64,000 nt of DNA from a virus: positions 1-64,000 of the IMG/VR virus record IMGVR_UViG_3300044712_001034. One strand, given 5' to 3'. Below are positions 36,767 through 47,382 of this stretch, piece after piece. Below the pieces are notes generated by a model. It saw only the letters and a program-made list of their open reading frames with translations, was not told the DNA's origin and did not search any database. The position numbers and the translations under genes were made by a program. How positions within the stretch are numbered: position 1 is the first letter of the stretch; each line of letters starts with the position of its first letter.

Positions 36767-37188
36767 TTATTTTCCTCATAATATGGTTTTTTCATAAGCT
36801 TATGCCTAAACTTGGATAGCATGTATCTCTCTAATTTTCTAACCTGTTCGGGAGATAAGTTATGCTTTTGTTTCATATAATTTAAATATCCAGCATCAGT
36901 AAATATCCCACCTAGACTTGCACCTAACTTAGAGCATAAGTTTATAAAAGCGTAATCAAAAAACTGATCTGTTTTATATTTATTGTTTGGAACCGAAACT
37001 CCTAATAAATCCTCTAACGATAAATATTTATTAAGGACAATTAGATCTACAGATGTAAGTGAGTTTGCATTGTATAACCTTTTGATCGCTTGCTCTAAAG
37101 TAAGCAAATCAATATACTCATTTGAATCTATATTTCCCTGTTCCTTAATTTCATAACTATGTATTAGTAGATCACCTACGTACCACAT
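36760..37188 (-). CDS. hypothetical protein
   Basis: 142-aa ORF. Confidence 0.7.
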   Translation of the reverse strand: MWYVGDLLIHSYEIKEQGNIDSNEYIDLLTLEQAIKRLYNANSLTSVDLIVLNKYLSLEDLLGVSVPNNKYKTDQFFDYAFINLCSKLGASLGGIFTDAGYLNYMKQKHNLSPEQVRKLERYMLSKFRHKLMKKPYYEENKC

Positions 37189-37200
37189 ATAAATTCTCCT

Positions 37201-37902
37201 TTATAGATCCCTATTACAGATTCCTATGAAATTACATCTATAACATGAACCATTAAAGTAACCTTCTCTGTAATAGGTATCTGCTTTGATATGTGCTACT
37301 AGTTTAGGAATAATACTGTTATATAAGGTATCTATGTATGTTTGATTTGGATAATAAGTATTTAGTTCTCCTTTTGCTAAGTTTACTTGATAAACTGCAT
37401 TTGGATAATGTCCGAACACTTTTTTATACATTGTGTAATAAATAATGTATTGTATATCGTTACTGATATTCTTTTTTGTTTGTCCTGTTTTCCAATCAAT
37501 AACAATACCATCATCCTTGAAAATATAATCTATCTTTCCAGCTAAAGAAACATCGTCACTCAACTTCTCATTGAACCAGTACTCTTTATAGTCATGCTCT
37601 TTGAATACTGGTGGCCTACCTCTTTCTTGCTCAAAAGCTGAAGGAAACCAATGTATAAAATTACTTAGACTGTTATCTAATCTTTCAACTAGAAGATGGT
37701 CAAAGTCATGATCTCTAATCAAACCTGCTCTTGTTTCTTTGTAATCACTTCCATCGTAATGCAGTTCTATTATTTTATGAACTGCTGTACCTACTGCACC
37801 TTCGGGAGTGACAATACTTTCTTCTGGAAAGTTTTTGTAGTAATAAAACATCTTACTACATTTTATAAAATTATTAATTGATGTAGCTGATAGTCTAATC
37901 AT
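37201..37902 (-). CDS. PD-(D/E)XK exonuclease (RecB/Cas4-like)
   Basis: LSATS...C, GTAVH, GKID, IDWKTG, Q..Y, C..C.F...C. Confidence 0.85.
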   Translation of the reverse strand: MIRLSATSINNFIKCSKMFYYYKNFPEESIVTPEGAVGTAVHKIIELHYDGSDYKETRAGLIRDHDFDHLLVERLDNSLSNFIHWFPSAFEQERGRPPVFKEHDYKEYWFNEKLSDDVSLAGKIDYIFKDDGIVIDWKTGQTKKNISNDIQYIIYYTMYKKVFGHYPNAVYQVNLAKGELNTYYPNQTYIDTLYNSIIPKLVAHIKADTYYREGYFNGSCYRCNFIGICNRDL

Positions 37903-38679
37903 TACAAACTTGTTGACCTTTGGTTAGCAGAATTTGTTCTATAAAGATCTACCTGCATTTTCATAATATCAAATAGATTTTGTTGAAAAGCAATCTCAGC
38001 TTTTGCGTTTTCAAAGGCTTTCCTCAAAGGAACTAGCTCACCTTCCAAACCTGTGTATTCATAAGCTGATTTCACAAAAGTAGCTGATGGTGGATTACCT
38101 TTAGTAAAGTATTTCTGATCTGTAGATGTTATCTGATAGATTTCACTTTCTCGTTGTTTAATTTGAGAATCAAGTTCGTTGCGTACAATCATCTGATCCC
38201 TGATAGCATTAGCTACCTTTACCATATCTTCAAAATCCGGAATCACAATGCTAACTTCGCTCATAATATTCTTCTATCCTTTCTTCTATTTTATCTAGTG
38301 CTTGGTTTAGGTTATACATAAGGTTATACACCTTTTCATCACTAACTTTATCTAACGTTTTTGCCATTGATACACAAGCGTATTTATTGTATCGGCTACG
38401 TTTATAAATATCTCTAAAGTTTACATCTAAGTCTACTACTAGTCCAGAGAATTGAAAGAACTCCATCAATGTACTTACTATGTAATCTGTATCCAGTTCT
38501 AAAGCGTTTGCAATATAATCTATTGATCTACCTTGGCAACATAGATGTAGAATATCATAGGTCGCAATATAATCTAAAACTATTGGATCAATATTTAATA
38601 CGTGCTTATAGTACTGTTTTACTATCTCCCAATTACCCGTTTCGTTTTGACTCTTGTATTGCGATAAATAATTTATCAT
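37902..38679 (-). CDS. two hypothetical proteins (37902-38264 coiled-coil; 38251-38679)
   Basis: ORF track. Confidence 0.65.
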
Positions 38680-39097
38680 AATCTGCCTTCAATTCAATAT
38701 ACTCATTAATGAGTTCTATAAAATAGTTTAGATCAAGAACTGCAAAATGCTTTACTCCACTTCTTGCTCCTGTAAACTTTCCAAATAAAATTGGAATATG
38801 ATTTATAACTTCTGCTTCAGCTTTGATTTTATCTAGCCACTCTTTTTTAAGGGTAAATTGTTTTACTTCTTTATTTGAAGAACTATTGTATCCCGCCTTG
38901 CACTCGCCTTTAAACTTTTTATAAAAGCCTTCTATCTCTCCTTTTACATCTCCTGTAAGTAAAGGCTCATTCAAAGAAGTTCCTATAGCGCCACTTCCGG
39001 CAATCCTTTTCCAACTAGATTCTTCTATCTTTTTATTTAATATTTCTACTAGGTCGTGCTCCCAATTTGAGCCAACCTGCTTCGCTTTATTTACCAT
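38633..39097 (-). CDS. Holliday junction resolvase (Hjc/PD-(D/E)XK type)
   Basis: K..GS.WE, SGA, GDV, ECK; likely start MVNKAK. Confidence 0.75.
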   Translation of the reverse strand: MVNKAKQVGSNWEHDLVEILNKKIEESSWKRIAGSGAIGTSLNEPLLTGDVKGEIEGFYKKFKGECKAGYNSSSNKEVKQFTLKKEWLDKIKAEAEVINHIPILFGKFTGARSGVKHFAVLDLNYFIELINEYIELKADYDKLFIAIQESKRNG

Positions 39098-39104
39098 GTG
39101 TCTC

Positions 39105-40409
39105 CTATTTCGGTGAAATTGATAATGTCTCAGAATTAAACAAATTGAAGATACTTCCGGTTGGTCCATTTCGTTGCTTACGTAAAATGAATTCTAACTC
39201 GCCTTTACTTGTAGTGTTCGGATTATAATAATCATCTCTATATAAAAAGATTACTGTATCTGCATCTTCTTCAATATTACCTGATTGTCTTAAATCTGAT
39301 AGTACTGGTCGTTTATCTTCTCTCAACTCTACTGAACGATTTAGCTGTGAGTAAACTACGCTTGTAATGCCCAAATCATTAGCTAGTAGCTTAGCCATAC
39401 GAGTAAACCTACCAATTTCTGCGGTCTGATCTGCGTTTCTTTCTGATGCTAACTGTACGTAATCAAAGAATGTTACTCTTACATTCCTTAGCTTGTGATA
39501 CTTTCTAACAGTAGCACCGTAATAAACATCATTTGTATCAAAGTTAGTATCAATATAAATTGGTAAACCTTTGAGATACTTGATTGTTTCTGTTACTTTA
39601 TTTAACTGCACTTGTGATAAAGATCCCAACCTAATATCTGCTAGAGGAACTCCGGATTTCATAGCTACCATACGTTCCACTAAAGATGTTCTGTTCATTT
39701 CCAACGAGAATATCTGTACAGATTGTCCTGTTTCATGAGATTTTATATATTCAGCTACACCTAAAGCAGAATTACACATCTGTGCAGTTTTACCCATTGA
39801 GGGTCTACCAGCTACAATAAACAAATCCCCTTCGTTATATCCACCAGTAATAGAATCTAAAGAACTAAATCCAGTAGTTATTCCCCGTAATCCGGGATTT
39901 TCAATCCTATAAACTAAGCTGTTCCACATATCTGTGGTAGCTGTAAGCATATCTACAATCTGTTCTCCACCAGAAGTATCTTCTAATCTATCAATATTAT
40001 TTTTCAGGTCGGAGATTAAACTATTTACATCTTGTCCGGAATTTAGTTGAGTACTAATTCCACTAGCTAATTGGAGAATTGATTTAGTTTTGTAACTCTC
40101 TCTTAGCTGTCTAGCGTACTCTTTGATATTATCTTTTGATATGGCGAGTGATCTAATATAATTTAGATATTCTACTCCACCAACTTCGTTTAGTTTGCTC
40201 TTATTAGAAAGAGTGGCTAAAACTAAGTTATACTCTGGAATCGAATTAGAGCTAATTATATCTGCAATAACAGAATAGATTTGCTGATGTGAAGAGGTAC
40301 TAAACATAAAAGGTTTAATATCTGGAACATTGTAAACCATATCTGGATTATTTAGAATTACATTTAGTACAGCGATCTCAGCATCTTGATTAGAAATACT
40401 ATTCATCAA
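39105..40409 (-). CDS. dnaB: replicative DNA helicase
   Basis: AGRPSMGKT, FSLEM, DYVQL, SQLNR, DLRQSGNIEEDAD, KQRNGPTG. Confidence 0.95.
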   Translation of the reverse strand: MMNSISNQDAEIAVLNVILNNPDMVYNVPDIKPFMFSTSSHQQIYSVIADIISSNSIPEYNLVLATLSNKSKLNEVGGVEYLNYIRSLAISKDNIKEYARQLRESYKTKSILQLASGISTQLNSGQDVNSLISDLKNNIDRLEDTSGGEQIVDMLTATTDMWNSLVYRIENPGLRGITTGFSSLDSITGGYNEGDLFIVAGRPSMGKTAQMCNSALGVAEYIKSHETGQSVQIFSLEMNRTSLVERMVAMKSGVPLADIRLGSLSQVQLNKVTETIKYLKGLPIYIDTNFDTNDVYYGATVRKYHKLRNVRVTFFDYVQLASERNADQTAEIGRFTRMAKLLANDLGITSVVYSQLNRSVELREDKRPVLSDLRQSGNIEEDADTVIFLYRDDYYNPNTTSKGELEFILRKQRNGPTGSIFNLFNSETLSISPK

Positions 40410-40764
40410 AGGGACTCCTTATCCTTAGCTTGGTGTTCTTAGTTTTTTCTATCTTTTCTTCATGTTCTTTTATTAGATTGGATAAGTTTGTTATAGGAGT
40501 TACTTCCTTTTCCAAACTCTTTTTACACATATAATTCAAAAGACCATACGTATTTGTATGGTCTAAATCTCTATTACCGGCTAAATCTAATATTGCATTG
40601 AATACTCTAAGTCTCCCATACATTCTAATAAGCTTTGCCAACATTTTTACATAGTTCATTGTAAATTGTATTTCAAAAGCTTCACAATAAAACTTACCTA
40701 ATAAATATGCTGGATTAGTTTCATCTTGTAAACGACCATAATAATGCTTTACAATCTCTTCCAT
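40399..40764 (-). CDS. putative DnaD-like helicase loader/initiator
   Basis: YG..RV..AI...Y.LL...CK pattern; directly upstream of dnaB. Confidence 0.4.
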   Translation of the reverse strand: MEEIVKHYYGRLQDETNPAYLLGKFYCEAFEIQFTMNYVKMLAKLIRMYGRLRVFNAILDLAGNRDLDHTNTYGLLNYMCKKSLEKEVTPITNLSNLIKEHEEKIEKTKNTKLRIRSPFDE

Positions 40765-40776
40765 ATATTCTCCTAA

Positions 40777-40874
40777 TTGAACGTCTAGGATTCGAACCTA
40801 GTTTTCCGGAGGTCTTCCCGGTACGATATAGCCCTGACGCGCCTTTGTGAGTGTCCCCACCACACCGCCGTTCA
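40777..40874 (-). ncRNA. tRNA-like element without a canonical anticodon arm
   Basis: Acceptor TGAACG/CGTTCA, D arm GTGT..GG..ACAC, T arm CTAGG-TTCGAAT-CCTAG, extra CCGG/CCGG hairpin. Confidence 0.65.
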
Positions 40875-40881
40875 TAACTTA

Positions 40882-41652
40882 CTATGCTTCAAACATATTT
40901 GTCATTTGATTTAGAACTTCTGGTGAAGCGTCTTGGGTCTTCATTTCCTTGCGTGATGCAAAGATGTCACGAATAGAAGTACCCCGAAGAACGTCACGAA
41001 TTTCTTCAGCATTTAGAGTAATGATCGCTCGGTTTAGATCGTAAAGATCATCCTCATTTACGGTAATAGGATCGTTGCGATCTGGTCTAGCACCTACAAC
41101 TGGTTTGGCTTTTGGTGCGGTAATCAGAACAGAAAGATCGAAGTTATTAATCCCTAAAGGAGTTTCAGTATTTTCATCTACGATTGTATTAGCGTAGAAG
41201 TTTACCTGATCGAAGAATTCTTTTCCTTTGGACATAACCTTTACTTTATTTAGTGGTGCTGACTGAACAGTTGTAATAACTGCGTTACACTTGGCACAAG
41301 AAGGTGGAAACACACCGTTGTATTTCTTAACTTCATTACCGCAGTTTGGACATACCTTTACAGTTGTTCGATCAAGAACATTGACATAGGCTAGCTGTCT
41401 GCGTGGAATAAAACCAACAATCTGATTAGTCTGTGCTTTTGGATTTTCCATGCGAAGTTTTAGATTGTTCTGACAAACAGGACAATCATCACCCAAGCAC
41501 TTGAAAGTAATCATATGAGTGAAATGGGTATTGAACATTACTGGTGTTTCGCTAATGATCCGGATAAAGTGCTCACCCTGAGAGAAGTTTACAAACTCAG
41601 TTTTCTTGAAATTAGTATTAAATTGTTTAGTGGTAAATTCAGCGAATGACAT
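40882..41652 (-). CDS. putative single-stranded DNA-binding protein with a Zn ribbon
   Basis: gp32-like H...C..DCPVC, RR....NV.DR; replication module context. Confidence 0.6.
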   Translation of the reverse strand: MSFAEFTTKQFNTNFKKTEFVNFSQGEHFIRIISETPVMFNTHFTHMITFKCLGDDCPVCQNNLKLRMENPKAQTNQIVGFIPRRQLAYVNVLDRTTVKVCPNCGNEVKKYNGVFPPSCAKCNAVITTVQSAPLNKVKVMSKGKEFFDQVNFYANTIVDENTETPLGINNFDLSVLITAPKAKPVVGARPDRNDPITVNEDDLYDLNRAIITLNAEEIRDVLRGTSIRDIFASRKEMKTQDASPEVLNQMTNMFEA

Positions 41653-41653
41653 A

Positions 41654-41947
41654 TTATTCTCCTTTGATTGAATTGATAAGCTGTTTTAATTCATCCATTG
41701 TGTTAGCATATTCTGTAGTAAGAAAAGACTCTCGTTCATGCTCTAACATTGGAGTGTGCTGTTTTAGTAGCATATTATACTTTGTATAAGCAAGGTCAAC
41801 ACCTACCAGTTGTAAATAACGAATAAGACCAACTGCGTCCATATTCATAGCTATTTCTTCGGGAACTTCATTTATGAAATCCAGAAAACGGATACTCTTG
41901 TAATCCCCTAAGCTATAAACACGCTCAATACCTAAATTTCTATTCAT
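41654..41947 (-). CDS. hypothetical protein
   Basis: 97-aa ORF, R..SLG.Y.S motif. Confidence 0.65.
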   Translation of the reverse strand: MNRNLGIERVYSLGDYKSIRFLDFINEVPEEIAMNMDAVGLIRYLQLVGVDLAYTKYNMLLKQHTPMLEHERESFLTTEYANTMDELKQLINSIKGE

Positions 41948-42953
41948 CTACATCTCCTTCCTCTATAATCTCTTTGTCGTACTTTACGTGTATATTATAA
42001 ACCCGTTCTTTCAATTTGTCAAGTAGCAATTTATCGTTTTCTAATGTTTCCATAGTTTCAACCATGCCCTTACCTAACACTTGATCGTCCAGTTTATAAT
42101 ATGGCCCACCCCTTCTAATGACACCCAAGAATTCTGCATAGCTAACTGTATCTCTAAGTGTATCAACACCAACACCAAAAATAATGGGGATCATAAATGA
42201 TCTAAATGGTGGAGCTACTTTATTTTTCTTGATAGTAAACTTAGTCATAATACCTATAACAGATTCACCAGCTTTAATCTCTTGAGCCTTTGATAAAGAA
42301 ATAATCACGCTAGCATAATGCTTTAAAGCATGTCCTCCCGGATTAGAAAATGATTTTACGTAGCTACCAATATTATCTCTAACCTGATTAATAAACACTA
42401 CTGCGGTTTTATTTTCCCTAACTCGATAAGCATTACGTCTGAAGAATTTAGCTAAATCTCTAGGAATGATTGCCATGTTCGCATCTTCAAACTTTTTATC
42501 TTGCTCTTCTGTAGGAGATAGTGCGGCGATAGAATCTAAAATTATTAATCCCTCGCCAGATAAAATCCCCGCTTCAATGATATTGAAAGCTTCATCAGAA
42601 TTTCTAGGTTTGGCTAATTTTAATCTTCCTTCTTTTGTTACCTTCTCGCCAGCTAAATCCTCCATGTAATCTAAAGGAGCTTGGTTTTCTACATCAATAT
42701 AAGTAACATTCAAACCTTTCAGAAGTGCTTGCTTACAGATAGACATAGCTATTGATGTTTTACCAGAAGATTCTGCACCATCAATCAGGGTAAATCTACC
42801 TCTAGGAACTCCACCAACTCCAATACTAGCGTCTAAACTTAGTGATCCAGTAGAAATAGAATCTATCTTTTCTTCTTCGGATACGAAGATTTTATCATAA
42901 TCATCTCCATACATATCCTGCATTCTATCTAAAAATGTTTTTACTTTTGCCAT
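41940..42953 (-). CDS. recA: RecA/UvsX recombinase
   Basis: STGSLSLD..GVGGVPRGR, GAESSGKT, DSIAAL, FINQ.R, GG.ALK.YAS, KNKVAPPF. Confidence 0.95.
   Translation of the reverse strand: MAKVKTFLDRMQDMYGDDYDKIFVSEEEKIDSISTGSLSLDASIGVGGVPRGRFTLIDGAESSGKTSIAMSICKQALLKGLNVTYIDVENQAPLDYMEDLAGEKVTKEGRLKLAKPRNSDEAFNIIEAGILSGEGLIILDSIAALSPTEEQDKKFEDANMAIIPRDLAKFFRRNAYRVRENKTAVVFINQVRDNIGSYVKSFSNPGGHALKHYASVIISLSKAQEIKAGESVIGIMTKFTIKKNKVAPPFRSFMIPIIFGVGVDTLRDTVSYAEFLGVIRRGGPYYKLDDQVLGKGMVETMETLENDKLLLDKLKERVYNIHVKYDKEIIEEGDVDE
41994..42022 (-). promoter_or_regulatory. sigma70-type promoter inside the recA 3' end
   Basis: TTGACA-17 bp-TATAAT. Confidence 0.7.
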
Positions 42954-43133
42954 TAGACTCCTTTTCTAAAGTCTTTGCTATGTTCATAAAATATGTTTCC
43001 AAGGGAAACAATACAATTCAGTTCCGTATCTCTAGGGTCATCTGATAGTATGATAATTTCTCCATTCTTTTCTATACGGAATGGAACAGAGTGCTTAGCC
43101 CTTTTATTAATTACTGTAATATACTTTTCCATT

Positions 43134-45032
43134 TTAGTGTTCCCAAACCTTTCCCATCTTACCATCTACAACAGCAGGAACTACTCCTTTCAAATATTTC
43201 TCTTCTGTTTCAATCATAATCTTTTCAATAAACGCTTTCGCTTGTTCAGCTACTTCATCAGAAACTTCACAAACAATTTCATCATATACCTGAATAAGAA
43301 TTTTTAGATCTTCTCCGAATGGATTTTCATAATAAATCCGACAAAGAGATTCTTTGATAATGTCTCCACCAGAACCTTGAATCATATGATTGAAACCTTC
43401 ACGCAATACTGATGCTCTATATTTTTCTTCTTCATACTTTCCACCGGGAAAGAAAGTTTTCATTTCAAAGAAACGCTTTCTACCACCCATTGTAGCGGAG
43501 AAGCCATATTTGAAAATCATACTTTCTGCCAGTTTCATACTGGCTTTAATCTCTGGATATGCGTCTTCAAAGAACGCTTTCAAAAGAACCTTACCTTCCT
43601 CCATTGGAATACCAAAGTTCTTATACAAACCATATTCGGTAGATCCATAACCAACTGCAAAGTTTAGAGTTTTACCTTTTGACCTTTGATCTTTAGTTAC
43701 TTGATCTAAAGGTATCTTATACAAGTTGCTAGCAGTAGCTAAGTGTAAATCAATACTTTTGTTGAACGCTTCGATCATTCCCTTTACATTAGCGAGTACA
43801 GCAAGTAATCGAAGCTCTTCTTGACTAAAATCTACTGCAATTAGCTTGTGCCCCTCTCTAGCAATAAACGCACTTCTATAGACAGACTCTCTTGGTATGT
43901 TACAGAGATTTGTTCCAGACGAACTGAATCTCCCGGATTGAGCTCCAAGTTGATTGAACTCCGTATGGATTCTCCCAGTAGCCGGATGAATAGCTGAGAT
44001 AAAATTGTCACCAAAGGAAGATAGCTTCTTTTGATTCTCTCGATAATCAATAATCTTTTTAATGATTTCATATTTAGTTATGTACTTGTTAATAATCTTT
44101 TCGTTAGTAGATTCTATGGGAATTCCATAAACATCTTTTAGAATGATTAGCATTTGGTCGGGAGAGTTTAGATTCAAATGCTCTTTGATAAATGTCTTTA
44201 TGTACTCTGCATCTGTGATTTCTTCTAAAGCTTTACGTTCTCCTTTTTTCTTTACGCCTAGTTTTAGAAAGTCTACAACTTCTAGTGCGTTATTGAAGTC
44301 TTTTGTTCTCTCAATAATCTTTACTAGAAACTCATTAACTAGCTCTTCTCCGAGTTGTTTTACTTTTATACCAGATTCTCCACCAAGACTTGACCAAGCT
44401 TCTTTGTCTAAAAGAACACCAGTATGTTCCATGTCTGCTACAACTGGAAGTAACATCATTTCTAATGCACAAGTTTTTACTTGCTTCTGCTCTTTCAGCT
44501 TTTCAAGTTGTTTATCTTTAATAGCTTTTAGATATTCTACATCTTGTGACGCATAAATTAGATGTTGTTCTGTAATAACTAAATCCTCTTGCTTGAAGAA
44601 GTCTTCTCGAATTGATTTATCCAAAGTAACATTACAATACTTTTCTACCAGAGTAGCTAGAGAGAAGTATCTATCTTTTCCAGTTACTAATCCATTCGTA
44701 ATAAGGATTTGGGCAAGCATGGTATCAAATACATTGGTGAATAACTCACCATAATTTGAGTACACCATACGCATATCAAATTTGAGATTGAACCCAACGA
44801 CTAGTTTATCGGAGTCTTTGATTACACTAACAATATATTTAGAGTACTTATCTCCTAGCTTTCTAGTATCAAAAACAAAAGTAGTATCCCCTACTTTTGC
44901 TTGCATCAAAATAATTTTATCAACAAAGAAATCCAATCCGGTAGCTTCTACATCAAAAAATACTTCGTCTGCTTTTTGTATTGCAGATACGAAGTTTCCT
45001 AATTGATTGAATTCTGTGACATAATTGTACAT
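43134..45032 (-). CDS. polA: family A DNA polymerase with 3'-5' exonuclease
   Basis: DVEATG exo I, DFSQEELR motif A, R..GKTLNFAVGYG motif B (Phe at the 762-equivalent position), VYDEI motif C. Confidence 0.95.
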   Translation of the reverse strand: MYNYVTEFNQLGNFVSAIQKADEVFFDVEATGLDFFVDKIILMQAKVGDTTFVFDTRKLGDKYSKYIVSVIKDSDKLVVGFNLKFDMRMVYSNYGELFTNVFDTMLAQILITNGLVTGKDRYFSLATLVEKYCNVTLDKSIREDFFKQEDLVITEQHLIYASQDVEYLKAIKDKQLEKLKEQKQVKTCALEMMLLPVVADMEHTGVLLDKEAWSSLGGESGIKVKQLGEELVNEFLVKIIERTKDFNNALEVVDFLKLGVKKKGERKALEEITDAEYIKTFIKEHLNLNSPDQMLIILKDVYGIPIESTNEKIINKYITKYEIIKKIIDYRENQKKLSSFGDNFISAIHPATGRIHTEFNQLGAQSGRFSSSGTNLCNIPRESVYRSAFIAREGHKLIAVDFSQEELRLLAVLANVKGMIEAFNKSIDLHLATASNLYKIPLDQVTKDQRSKGKTLNFAVGYGSTEYGLYKNFGIPMEEGKVLLKAFFEDAYPEIKASMKLAESMIFKYGFSATMGGRKRFFEMKTFFPGGKYEEEKYRASVLREGFNHMIQGSGGDIIKESLCRIYYENPFGEDLKILIQVYDEIVCEVSDEVAEQAKAFIEKIMIETEEKYLKGVVPAVVDGKMGKVWEH

Positions 45033-45522
45033 TACTCTCCCTTTTCTGGTTCGAACTCTTCAGCGATATATACAAGATAAACTTTATTTTCAGAAACGTC
45101 TCTTACAAATCTCATTGAGCTTCTGATATTTTTTGTTCCACAAACGTTTTCTAGATCCTCAACATCAAAGAATAGTTTACCTCCACCTCTCTTCTCGTAC
45201 AAAGCTAGATAATTAATAAGATGTGGAAGGCTTTCTTTATACTGCTCTTCGCTTGCAAAACCAAGATCTTCTAGTTCCATATATCATTCTCCTGTTTATT
45301 TTCTCGTTCTAATAAATCACAAAACTTGGCGTAAGTGTATTTGTATCTACCTTCGCCATTTTCAACCCCATCACAATAATCGTTCATAGCTTCTTCGTAA
45401 GCTTCTACCTGATCTACCATCCCAATAAATATACCAATCATGCTATCAATGAAACCCGTATAGTTTTCTTTTGATAATGCTAATTGCTGAATAAGAATAT
45501 TTGTTGCTTCTTTACGATCCAT
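45032..45522 (-). CDS. two small hypothetical proteins
   Basis: ORF track. Confidence 0.6.
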
Positions 45523-45530
45523 ATTTTCTC

Positions 45531-45923
45531 CTAATGACCTAGAATTGCTACAATCTTAGCTCTTGGAACCCAAGTTAGTTTTACGTTACTTACGGCGTTT
45601 AATAGTTTTACTGCTCTGTGTCTTCGTTCTATAAGGTTGCTTGCCTCACATGCCCATCCACCATTCACTTGATTTACTACTAATTTAGAATCTGCATAGA
45701 TTTGTACAGGCTCTTCTCCCCTACCATCTTTGAAATAGATGCTGTTCAAGTACTCTAGGAGAGTTATCAAGGTTTCGTATTCCGCTTCGTTACTAGTTTG
45801 GCAACCTTCAAAGTCATATGTCTCTAGTTTCTCCTGTTTACCGTTCTTGTAAATAGCAAAGCTTCCGTAAGCATCACTTCTTGTTTTGTTATTACAACCT
45901 CCATCGCTATAACAGACTAACAT
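45531..45923 (-). CDS. rnhA: ribonuclease HI
   Basis: YSDGG, TSNEAEY, ADSKLVVNQV, WVPR. Confidence 0.9.
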   Translation of the reverse strand: MLVCYSDGGCNNKTRSDAYGSFAIYKNGKQEKLETYDFEGCQTSNEAEYETLITLLEYLNSIYFKDGRGEEPVQIYADSKLVVNQVNGGWACEASNLIERRHRAVKLLNAVSNVKLTWVPRAKIVAILGH

Positions 45924-45926
45924 ATT

Positions 45927-46214
45927 CTACCACACTTCGTAAGTTGTGTAAAGGAGAATTGTTTCTTCTCCATCAATCAGGCCAATCTCATATTTGGTTA
46001 CTTTATGAACACTTATATTTTTAATCTTATCGCTGTTAGATAATTCATCTAGAGTATTTATAAACTTCAAATCATAATCCATCAGCGGTAAATCATAAAG
46101 TAATGTAGCATAAATAGATTTCAATTTTGATACCATATGTCTGATACCAAAAATTGCTTCGATCTTGTGTAATTTATCTTCGTCAGATAACAATAATTTT
46201 ACTTTTTCTATCAT
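45927..46214 (-). CDS. hypothetical protein
   Basis: 95-aa ORF. Confidence 0.6.
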   Translation of the reverse strand: MIEKVKLLLSDEDKLHKIEAIFGIRHMVSKLKSIYATLLYDLPLMDYDLKFINTLDELSNSDKIKNISVHKVTKYEIGLIDGEETILLYTTYEVW

Positions 46215-46232
46215 TTATGATATAATCCCTAA

Positions 46233-47063
46233 TTACATAACAGTTTCGAATTTAGGTTTTGAGCGTTCTTTTTCAATCTGGATTGGATCATCCATCTTAT
46301 CTGAATAGATCATATAATCACCTTCCATGTATCTCGGATTACGCTCAATCCAATTATTTACAATACTGCTTAGATGATTTAGTCCTTTAGAAATCGCATT
46401 AATAAAATATGCGGCTTCTTTTCGTCTAGCTAGATTTTTATTTTCTGGATTTTGAATACTTGTTAGATACTTAAAACACGTTTCTATTACTGTAAATGCT
46501 TCTGATAATTGCTTAGCTGTATCTGATTCTTTATTTGTAGATACTTGCCAAGAGTCTTCAGAACCATCTGCACTAACAGAACGTGTAAATGTTTCAAATT
46601 CATCATCTAGTTTTTTAGGGTTGCGATTGATTAAAGTAGTTTCGTAATTACTACGCTCAATCTCTTCATACTCACCTTCAAGAACTTCAATCTCTTCGTA
46701 GCCATTAGCTAACTGACGGGTGGGTACTGGGTTCTTTTCTGGCTTAGGCTCTTCAAGATATTTCAATACTTCTCGTAAAGAAGTTACACCTTCCAAATGC
46801 GCAACGCGTTGCGCATTTTCTGATAGCCTCATATAATTTTGAGCCATACGAATTCTAAAATCACAATTGTTTGCTACCCAAGGAAGAAACTCTCCGTGTC
46901 CCAAACTCTTCTTTACTTCAACAAGAATGTTACCAATTTCGATTGCGTACTGCACCATGTTCTGTGCACTTCGTACAATCTCGCCCTGCAACTCGTTTAC
47001 TCTCGTTGCCCTTGCTTTGTTCACCAACTCAATGTCATTCTGTTCAACTACTTCAATTTGCAT
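46233..47063 (-). CDS. DUF3102-type HTH DNA-binding protein
   Basis: IG..L.EVK..L.HGEF..W......R.AQNYMR; start MQIEVV after ACAGGAG RBS. Confidence 0.8.
   Translation of the reverse strand: MQIEVVEQNDIELVNKARATRVNELQGEIVRSAQNMVQYAIEIGNILVEVKKSLGHGEFLPWVANNCDFRIRMAQNYMRLSENAQRVAHLEGVTSLREVLKYLEEPKPEKNPVPTRQLANGYEEIEVLEGEYEEIERSNYETTLINRNPKKLDDEFETFTRSVSADGSEDSWQVSTNKESDTAKQLSEAFTVIETCFKYLTSIQNPENKNLARRKEAAYFINAISKGLNHLSSIVNNWIERNPRYMEGDYMIYSDKMDDPIQIEKERSKPKFETVM
46795..46818. repeat. perfect 24-bp palindrome inside the DUF3102 gene
   Basis: AAATGCGCAACGCGTTGCGCATTT. Confidence 0.9.
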
Positions 47064-47094
47064 TTTGTTACTCCTGTTTGGTTTGTTAGACATT

Positions 47095-47323
47095 ATTATA
47101 CTCACTTAGTTACGATTGTCAAGTACCAATTTTTATGAGTTTTGCTCTTCTTCAAAGATCTTTACATGTTTATTTATCAACAACCTTTTACTGATTATTT
47201 TTTATATGTTCCTCATCAAGACCAATTATCCTAATATTATACACGCTTTTTTAAATTTGTCAAGGGGTATGTTCGTGTACGTATTCATAAACAACATTAT
47301 ATACAAAACTTTTAAAAAGTCAA
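47095..47323 (-). promoter_or_regulatory. three tandem leftward sigma70-type promoters
   Basis: TTGACA/TTGACT-16 bp-TATAAT at 47095-47122, 47236-47263 and 47296-47323. Confidence 0.85.
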
Positions 47324-47382
47324 GTAGCACTCTAGTACACAACAGCAGACCCTACACAGGTCAAAGACCTACATATAGGTAC

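Noticed and set aside
37201-37902. Cas4-like nuclease as part of a CRISPR-Cas system
   Set aside because: No cas1/cas2 or array; it sits in a standard phage recombination module
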